DNA of 64,000 nt. Origin: Chrysomallon squamiferum. Taxonomy: Eukaryota > Animalia > Mollusca. The stretch spans positions 10,106,001 to 10,170,000 of the forward strand of contig CM022672.1 in assembly GCA_012295275.1 (NCBI GenBank). The letters are read 5' to 3'. Under the pieces are notes generated by a model. The model was not told the origin of the DNA and made no database searches. It was given only the letters and a program-made list of their open reading frames with translations. Shown here piece by piece: positions 44,425-54,667 of this stretch; position 1 is the first letter of the stretch; each line of letters starts with the position of its first letter. The position numbers and the translations under genes were made by a program.

Positions 44425-45476
44425 AAAAACGAACATTCGGACGAAATATACATTATCATCATCATCATCATTCATTTATTATTATTATTATTGTTGTTGT
44501 TTTTATTATATTTAACAGAAAAATTAATATGCGTATTAATTAAAAGAAACTGTATCAGTTTCAGATCTGTTAAACTTTGACAACCCTTGTGTCAACAAAA
44601 CTCGATTTAAACTCGAGTCAAATGAGTCAGTAAAGTTCCTAAATCGAAATTCAACAATATTAGACTGGATATTAACTACGTAATTGTAATTAACTAAATC
44701 TGCGACAGACACGCCCGCTGACCTGTCAGAAAGCGTGCCTGTCGCTTACGTGCTTCACAATAGCTTGCTCTGATTAGCATGCTAATTTTTTTCAAGGTTC
44801 AAGGTTCAATTAACGTATACTGAAGGGCTTGGAAGAAAGCCAGTTACGCAAGCGAAAGCGAAATATCTGATTTAAAAAAAAAAAAAAATTGTGGGGGGGC
44901 TTCTTTGTTATTATTATTATTATTATTATTATTTAATACTTTTGTCACAACCCCTAACGTAATGGGGCATCTATCGACTAATGGAATGCGCTGTATTGTA
45001 CAGAAACAAAAAACAGTAAAATATATTTGTTCTAAAAGCGTAAAATATAATCATTCAAAACATACATATCATATATACTTCATATAATAAGTCTTACAAA
45101 TGCTAAGGCAATAATTTTGTCAATTTGACTTTCGTTAATATTGTTTTCAGAGAAATGGATACCATTCTGTAAACGCATGACGTCATATTGCATTAATCAA
45201 CATCCCTTGGTTTCAAACGAGATTTACTGACATATACATGTAGTCTAAGATATAGATGAATTTTGAAAAAGAAATAATAAATTAAATTATAACTTGGAAG
45301 AATGTTTACAGATCGGTTCCGTAGATTATATCAGAGTAATAGTATTTATGTGTTCAGTATATCTAAAACACTCCTTCAAAACATGAATGCAGTTTAACTT
45401 GACTTCACAATATCATCTCGTAATTCAGTCAGGATTGTAATAACATACATTTGTATGGTGATATAATTTGTACTTC

Positions 45477-45556
<80 letters not shown>

Positions 45557-46034
45557 CTCTGCCGAGAAATATAACATGATCACTGTAAATTTAGTTATGT
45601 TCAAAATCCACTGTAAATTGCTATTCAACAAAGTTTCACAATAATGTACTATCATGAAGTATGTTTATGATAATGTAAATATTATATCTATATGTTAACC
45701 ACAATGTCTAGCTGGTTACTGACTAGTTCTGTTTAAGACTATTTTAGACAGAGCTAACTGTTAAAAAATGAATGGCACTATAGAGATTAAATATGTGTTA
45801 GTGTCATGCAAACATTCATATTTCCTGTGCTGCATAGTTCATTCCGACAACATAGTTTTTTGTGCTTGCAAAGAAAAGCCAGGATTAATGTCAGTGATCA
45901 TGAAAACCTGACTAACCCTTACATCTGCATTCAGAAAAGTTTTTTCAAGGCATTTTTTTATTATTATTATAAATTTATAATTTATTTATTTATTTATTTC
46001 CTCATATTTTTATTAAATTATTTTATTGTTTAAC

Positions 46035-46093
<59 letters not shown>

Positions 46094-46168
46094 TTTCCTC
46101 ATTTTTTATTAAATTATTTTATTGTTTATTTTTTATTGTTTATTTATTTATTATATTTTTTTATTTTT

Positions 46169-46213
<45 letters not shown>

Positions 46214-47086
46214 TTTTTTTTTTTTTTTTTTTTTTTTAATCAGTAGGTTTATCATTTTTTCGTCAAAAATCGCGAGATCGAAAAACAGTGATTACATGAC
46301 ATTTGTGATTGTTACTTGAATGTCCTCGGTTAGTTAACTCCTGACTGAATTGCAGGGTCACATTTGTGCTTCACTTTGCATTCACAAACAGACAGAAAGC
46401 GTCAGCAGGCAGAGACTTTGAAGTCTATCTAATACTTACAAACCAGGTTCAGGGACCAGTTTTGAAAGAGTCCACTGCACACCTGTCTAAATCTCAACTA
46501 CATTCCTGCAGGACGTTAATCATGTGTTTTACTTCAAAAGTCCTGCATTGAAAAATACTTTCAAAAGCAAATACATCTGAACTTAAACATTCCCGTGATA
46601 CAGTGGATCAAAAGGAATGAGTATTCAAATGTCGTGTAGTATTTATGATCGTTATATTTTATTTTCGACCTGTTTATGATTATGGGCTCACATGTGATGG
46701 TAATAAGAGGGTGTAAAATGAACAGTCGGCAATAAAAGTTTCAAAAACAGGAAACCAGAATCAAAAGTTATTATTATTTTCTACGATCGTGATTTACATC
46801 GTATAACTGTGTTATAAAAAAAATTTTTACAAGTTTAACAACTCGGTAACGATATTTAATCTATGTAAATATTTCTGAAGTGGGGTTTCACATGTTGTGT
46901 GGTTAACGACATAGATATTTCTGTAATATAGAAGGTATATAATCTGAATACATGGTTCTCATTAGTGAAATGCTAGAACGTACGTCTAAAGTGCTGTTGG
47001 TCGTTGCATCTATCCCATTTGATGAACCGTTACATCTATTTTTTGTTTGTTTTATTGGTTTGGGTTGTTTCTTTTTTTTCTTTCTT

Positions 47087-47123
<37 letters not shown>

Positions 47124-47422
47124 TTTGTTATAACCCAAGAAAAGTGCACAGAATACAAATGCTCACGACATATAAATTGACTTCACAATGTCTGATGATT
47201 ACGAATAAAAGTGTAATTATTACGGTTGTTGAAGACCCAGGCTTTACAGTTTATGTATAACTTCTCCGTCAAACTACAATAGAGCTGATATCACTTTAAT
47301 TTTTTTATATGATGAAATATAGCTGTAATATTTTTCATATAATCTATAAATATGTGCACTCACACCCACCCACACACACAAATCGCGCGCAGATGCATAT
47401 ATGAATTTTGTGTTAAATATTA

Positions 47423-47992
47423 CCGTATATACTTGTGTACAAGGCGACCTTATGTATAAGTCGATGTGTATTTTAAGACCAAAAATTGCGTCATTTTAGG
47501 TATTACTTGTGTATAAGTCGACTGTAGATTCCAGGCACCGTCACTATTTTTAGACCAGTGTGACAGTGCCATGAAGGCCTACATTGTACGCCTACTGTAA
47601 CATAACTTGCACGAGCTGTAACTTGCACGAACATACCATAATAACGTAAATGCATGTATTACACGAGCTATAGCCTAAATCATTGCAAGACGCCGTACTG
47701 ACGGTTTTCTCGCTTTAAAGTGTATTTTTATGTCATTAAACGGAAGAATATCATGTTTTACATTCATATTTGGTTTTGTTATTTAATTTTTCAAAATTTT
47801 TTATACGATAAAATTATATTTTTGAAAAGCTGAAAGACCGCGATTATTTTAGATGCATCCCGTAGCAAAAATAGTCAAAATGGCGACTCTTCAGCAACAG
47901 CTACAAAAGCATTACCTATGTATAAGTCGATCCCCAAAATATTACCTTAATATAGTCTTCCAAAAATTCGACTTATACACAAGTATATACGG
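47423..47992. mobile_element. Complete 570-bp MITE of the Tc1/mariner superfamily (pogo/Tc2 type)
   Basis: 25-bp TIRs: left CCGTATATACTTGTGTACAAGGCGA, and the reverse complement of the right end CCGTATATACTTGTGTATAAGTCGA (2 mismatches). TA target-site duplication at 47421-47422 and 47993-47994. The motif tgtataagtcga recurs internally at ~47454, ~47510 and ~47919. No transposase ORF. Confidence 0.92.
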
Positions 47993-49232
47993 TAGATTAA
48001 AATTATTATATTTATATGTTTTATGGGGTTTTGGTTTGTTTTTAAAATGTCTCTAACACGGTTCCGTTCGATCAGTCATATCCGAAACAAGGGGAATAAC
48101 TCTACTTTAACAGTGTGGTTTTTTTTATTATTACTATTATTATTGTTTAACAGTTAGACAAATGTTTAGAAAGTATTTGAAGCCATTATATATTTTAACG
48201 ACAACACTGAAAGAAAATAAATACGGCTGATTATTTAAAAAAAAGCTTTTTAGCTTGTTTTTTTGTTGTTGTTATTGTTATTATTTTGGTGCTTTCTGAC
48301 TCTAATTTCAAATTCTGTGTGTTTTTAAAACAACATTGTTGATTACATTAATTACGTCACGAACCGATGTCATCGAAAAAGCCCTACGTCAGTTTGACCA
48401 TTGCTTGGAATAATTCCAAGGGAGTGCCTTTCTCTTGGTACATTTTTCATATCGCATTCTAATTTCTTGGACATCATTTAAGTCTTAGTACGACGTTAAT
48501 TCGATGGTGAGTTATCGTACATGGATTTTTCTGATGCCAAATGCTAAACGATAGGACAACAAAAACAAATGTATTTTCCATTTTGTTTTACTTACGAAGA
48601 AATGCACCTTACTCTTTCCCACAAAGACGTACTTGTTAAACCAGATGCCACACAACAGGACCACTGAATAAGTAGATTTTATGTTTGTAACAAGTGACCC
48701 ATTTCTCACTTACTTATCTTTAGTAAACAGTGAATAATTTTGATGTAAAGTAAAAATCAGATGAAATAAAAGCTGAAAAAAGCCAGAAAAAAAAAAGTTA
48801 ATTGCTTTGTCACCTTCGCAGAATAAAGCTGATATCTGAAGACTTTAACAAGTTATTCCCAGTTATATATGAGTGAATTCTTTTGTATTTATTACTTCTT
48901 TTTTCCCTCTCAACTAATGGCCTCACCCTTTTCTTCTCTTTTTTTTTTTTTTTTTTCTTGTTTTTTTCTGAAATACCATTTCAAACGAGAAACCCGAAAA
49001 TGTTTGGAAATTAAATTATAATAATGTTTCTGTAGCTGTTATTTTTATGTTTAAATATCGACTTATAATACTGACTGGATAATCATTTTTGTAAACCGAA
49101 TACAAAACAAAACAATAAATAATGTAGAAACAGAGATGAAAATAAAAACTTGTAATATAAAACTAAACGTTAATTTTATTTATTTATTTAATCATTTTAT
49201 TTTATTATGATTATTTTTTCCCCCAGTCGACT

Positions 49233-49290
49233 ATGGCGTACACCTGGACAAAACAAGTTAAAAGAAGTAAATTCTATCGGGTTAAAAGAG
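49233..49290 (+). CDS. Predicted first coding exon of FUT copy B (basic cytoplasmic tail)
   Basis: Acceptor ttttttcccccag at 49226, ATG G at 49233, MAYTWTKQVKRSKFYRVKR + G, then a non-canonical donor AG|GCAAGT. The phase-1 junction with 49678 gives GTT = Val in frame with the TM helix. Confidence 0.75.
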
Positions 49291-49366
49291 GCAAGTATTG
49301 AGAACATACAAGTAAAAAGACGAATACGGATCGAAAAGAGTGATTCAGGATAAAGTTTGCTCTGTC

Positions 49367-49465
<99 letters not shown>

Positions 49466-49677
49466 CGAAGAGAAACAGAAATGGAAAGAGAGAACAAAAA
49501 CAAATTAAAATAATTCGTTATTAAAGAAATTAAAATATTTTTTCTGATTTGTGAACAAATATTCATTAACATACAAAAACAATAAAATACAAATTTAAAT
49601 AAATTAATTTTAAGTGATATGGAATAATTGAATTTATTTTTTTTCTCTTTCTTTCTTTATTATATATATATATCCAG

Positions 49678-50822
49678 TTTTGGTCTTGTTGCTGTTATTG
49701 TCAGTGATCTATTTATTTTGGCTGACAATCTTTGATGATTCGGAAAACTGTCGACAAAACTCCGACATTTTTTCAAGCATCGAAATACAAACTTCTGCAA
49801 ATGATAGCTTCAAGTCAAGATCATTTATGTGTCGTTTCCTCGCACTTTTTCCAGCTAATCATGTTTTGACATTCCTGCAACTACTCTTTTGCGACAATAA
49901 CGTCTTTGTTTTTTCACAAAAGGAAGACGGTAACGTATACGGCCAATGCAATGATCCTTTTTTGCCCACGTTTCAAAGAGAGAAACGATTTATCTGTATT
50001 ACAATAGATGGGGGACTTGGTAATCAGATGTTTTTATTTGCATCGGCTTATGGCATAGCCAAACAAACTGGTCGACATCTTGTCATCTATCGACAATCAC
50101 CTTTACTGGAAGTCTTCAGACTGGATTCGACTACAATTGTCAACATTTGTGTCTGTCTAAATGTAAAGATAAAAAATTCAAAGTTACACTGCAGTTTCGA
50201 TGAAACACTATTCTCAATACCCAACGACGGAAATTACGAAGTGAAACGATATTTACAGTCGTGGAAATATTTTGAAAATTACACGCAAGAAGTGAAAAAG
50301 CAGTTTACGTTTAAAACGTATTTTATCCTCAGAGCTGCAGGAATATTAAATCAAGCGAAGGATAAATGCAAGAACGTTTCCATCAATAAACAACATTGCG
50401 ATAACCCAACATTCATTGGCGTCCACGTTCGCGAACCTGACAAAAACGCAAAACAGTTTGTAGGATACAACGTGGCGCCAAAAGAATACATCTACAGAGC
50501 AATGAATTATTTTGAAAATAAATTTAAGAGTGTAATTTTTGTCGTTGTTTCCAATATTCTGAGTAAAGCTAAAGAGAAGTTACAACGGCAGAATAACACG
50601 TATTTCGTTGAAGGGTACATAGCCCCCGTGGACATGTCTGTTCTGGCGCTTTGTAATCATACCATCATCACTGTGGGGACATTTGGATGGTTTTCAGCCT
50701 TCCTAGCAGGAGGAATCACTGTATATTACAAACATCCTCACAAACAAGACTCAGAAGTTAAGAAACAATATTCAGCAGATTACAAAGACTTTTTCTACCC
50801 AGACTGGATAGCAATGGAGTAG
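49678..50822 (+). CDS. Galactoside alpha-1,2-fucosyltransferase (GT11, FUT1/FUT2-like) copy B, main coding exon (400 aa when spliced to exon 1)
   Basis: Acceptor tccag at 49677, TM helix LVLLLLLSVIYLFWLTIF, then motifs GGLGNQMFLFAS, YLQSWKYF, FIGVHVREPD and DMSVLALCNHTIITVGTFGWF, ending YPDWIAME*. Colinear with copy A from QCxDPF onward. AATAAA at 51098-51103. Confidence 0.95.
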
Positions 50823-51479
50823 TTTTTTTGTTGGAGGGTTTGGGGGATGTGTTGTTGTTGTTGTTTTTTGTTATTGTTGTTTTGTTTTTGTTTTATATTT
50901 GTTTGTTTGGTTGGTTGGTTTGGTTTTTTCGATTTTCTTTTTTTTTTTTTTTTTTGTTGTTTGTTGGGGGGGGGTTTAGGTTGTTTTTTTCTTTCGTGGA
51001 TCCTGAAATGTGTCTTGGTTCTGATAAAGGATTTTGTGATCCCAACACTATATTGATATAAACATTTCATCTCGGTTAATATTTATAAAATTATTTTAAT
51101 AAAAACCATAAATATCAAAGATACTTTTTTTTTTCTTTTTTTTTTTATTTCATATCCTATTCCTGTTTAGCCATTCGTCTTTTCCGATTGGACAGATATC
51201 CTGTACAAGTCCTGAAAACATTCTCAGTCTCCAGATACATCTATAATGATTAACCCGATTATTGCTAATTTCTCGACAAAAGTATTGCACATATCTCATA
51301 GATATCCATGTCCCAATTTCGTGGATAACAAAATGAAAAGCAAACGATACGTCAAACAAAGAACTAACTATCCTAACCTAACAAACTTCACTCAACTAGC
51401 CAACATTTTTCTACGGTTCATTTATCTTTACATATACTGTATGGCATTTGTTTACATTGTCTTTACGTCTGTCTAATGT

Positions 51480-52009
51480 TCTAACATTATCATATCACTG
51501 TAATATATAGCTGTTATGTGTAACTAAAATTTAATGTTTCGGTAAATTTTCGGGATAATGTTTACATTCGCGATTTCCCATCCTTTTGCTTTTTCCATTA
51601 TTACGTGAAATCGAAAGTATTTATTTTCAAATTGTAAATATAAAATAAAATAAAATAAAATTAGAAAAAGTAGGTTCTACCACCATTTGGACAAACTTCA
51701 ATTTGTGTATAACAGAATTACAATTATTATAATAAAAATAACAACAATAAAAGAATGTGGACACCAAATATTTATTTTTCGATAAAATTCCTTTGTTAAA
51801 TATAAATTAAATAAATGAACGGCGTAAATTGTATTTTGTTCAATTTCTGTAGGCAACGAAATTCGAAGTAAGTGTTGTTTCACGTACAAATTTCACTTAA
51901 TGGTCGTGTGGAAAATCGAACTAGTTGAGTGGATGATAGTAATAGCATCCAGTTAGCTCCCTTGGCAATTAAAGTAATGCTTGTTAATAATCGGCAAGCT
52001 GCAATTACT
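51480..52009 (+). promoter_or_regulatory. Putative promoter / non-coding first exon of the DUF3504 gene
   Basis: A CpG-retaining stretch ends in a GTAAGT donor at 52010. It is followed by CpG-poor intron-like DNA up to an acceptor (tttaag, 54651) 16 nt before the ATG. Confidence 0.4.
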
Positions 52010-52707
52010 GTAAGTATTTTGCAACATTTTTTCGATATTTAATTACTGTATTATATTTTTGTACTACATCTATAACAGGACCATCATGTAATTTGGTTTG
52101 ATTCGTAATTGGATCATCGCACAAAGCTTCATTCAGATTAGGAACATATATTATTCCTAATTATCTCCCCCTTTTTCTATTTAGAAATGTCACATTAGTT
52201 GTAGGGTTTCTTTTATTTCATTTATAGGCATTTTCTTTTCTTATTATTATTTCTTATTATTTATTTAATGTTATTTTTATACAGTGAACACAGAACAGTT
52301 CACAAAATATTTCAAGCAGTACTCGAAATTTAAATAAACGATTCAATTTCCTTCAATGTCGGTGATTTATGAATTATATTTTGTTGTTGTTGTTGCCTCA
52401 GTAGTCTCTATCAGCATTTATCTGTATAAAACTGATGAATATCAATTTTAAAAATTACAATAATAATAATAAAATAACTCTTTACCTTTTAGGAAAGTAT
52501 ATTTATTGAATATAGAATTCACATACCTGTATTTTTTTTTCATATGTATGTATTTATTTTGTTTTATTTTATTTATTTATTTATTTTTTTTTTTTTTACT
52601 GTTTTAAATTATATCTCCTGAATTTTTTTTTATTAGAAGAACATAAATATCAGATTTTTAAAAATATGTTTAAATCCACATTTGGTTATGACATCTGAAC
52701 TTAATAA

Positions 52708-52740
<33 letters not shown>

Positions 52741-54667
52741 ATGTTGACAAATACAGGATAAAGTTAAATGTGGTATTAATAAATATTATCAGATTACGTC
52801 GTTCTTATTATTCTTAAATAAACTGTGTATTATATATATATGACTGTTTCCTCGTTAAAGTTTTTGCACCACTTTAACCAATATTTTTCTATGTTTTGCC
52901 ATTATTTTCTCATTTTCATTTAGTTTATTTGTATTTTATTGCACACATTGAAAATAATTTTTCACAGCATTGTCTAGCTGTTTGATAGGCATAAATTGTT
53001 TATTTCATTAATGTCTGGAAAATATGCATATTTATTTGTACATGTGTGTATATATGTACAGATGGATGGATGGATGGATGAATGAATGTATATCTATAGA
53101 TCTGTGTGTGTATACATAATACACATAATATATATATATACATAATATTCATATCTGTATATCTGTGAAGATTGGCAAACATGCATGTATTATGTGTGTG
53201 TATTAGTGTATATTAGTGTGTATTTGTGAGTGTATGTATTTGCATGTGGGGTGGTGTATGTATGTATATGCGTCTGTAGTATGTGGATGTGTGTACATGT
53301 GTGTTGAAGAATAGGTGGTAATGATACATACAGTAACTCGAGCATAAATAAGACAAGTTTAGAAGTATTCATCAAACTGTTAGGATTTCATTTTAACATA
53401 ATAGAGATAAGTAAGAGTATTATACAGAAATACAACAGAATGTTCTCGCTAAGACTAAGAGAAAGACACAGAAACTAATACTGAATTATTTGGCAGCTGG
53501 GTTTCAGTGAATTTAACAAACATATGGGTATAGAATGTACATTTATGTTTTGGGTTTTTTCAATTTTTATCATTCATCTTTATGCATTAAATTACAATAG
53601 AGATTTTCATAAATATTAAAATGACCATTTTTCATAAACTTTGTTCAATAAAACTGCAGTATTTTTCCAAATTATTTGTTTTATTGCTCTTCTCTGATGT
53701 AATAAATATATATTACATTACAAAGGACACACAGACTCAATATATATATATATATATAAAAGTAGGCTTATAAACAGATGCATTTTGCAACAAATTGTAT
53801 AGTTTCTGCATGAAATTTTTAATTAGAAGTTAAAAAAAATAAATTATATATTTTGTTAAACTGGACAGATATACTGACATCTCATTCCCATAGCTAAAAT
53901 GATATTTGATTTGTGAAATTATTATAGAATTGTTTTGGCATTTTGTATCAGAATATTACAAAATAATTTCAAAACGTGCTTAAAAACTGTAAATACTTGA
54001 CACTTGTGTATAAAAATAATTTCAAGATTTGTTGAAACATTACAAAATGTATTCTAAAGTGTACCTGAGGAAATATAAAATAAAATATTCTAATTATTTT
54101 CTGCATTCTTAAATGTTTTTTTTTTTTTCTGCCCTTTTATTGATCAGTAATGAAGTATAACAAAAAAAAGAATGCAGATTAAAGACTTCTAATAACTGCA
54201 TTGTTTCTGTTGTTGTGATGGCATTGAGTACAGTTATCATGTACAAAATGGTGTTGTGATTTCAGTTATTAAAAAGTAAAATGGCAGAGTTCAGATATTT
54301 TGTTGTAGTTTATTTTATTGTCATACTTTGTTATGAGTGATAAAAATTTCCCCAAAACAATAAAATAACTGTTTGGAAGTGCAGTGTATGTTGGATTTTA
54401 TTAGACTATATATTTCTACACTTCACAGGTATACTTTAATAAAAAAAAGAAATTCTAGAAAAATAATATCCTGTGTTTTAAAAACAAAAACTCAGCAACA
54501 GAACAAAATTTTAAAAATTTCTTTGTGGGTGTTTTTTTTTTTTTTTTTGTTTTTTGTTGTTGTGTTTTTGTTAGTAGTATTAATAAATGTGTGTTTAGTA
54601 TTTACTACATTTATCAGTATTTAACAGCTTTTTTTAATTTATTTATTTAAGATTGTCTACGGAGACC

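Noticed and set aside
49990-50720. Bacterial horizontal origin of the GT11 genes, suggested by GGLGNQ and an intron-free catalytic exon
   Set aside because: The type II membrane topology, spliced tail exon, YLQSWKYF and GTFGW motifs all fit animal alpha-1,2-fucosyltransferases, whose catalytic domains are commonly encoded by one exon.
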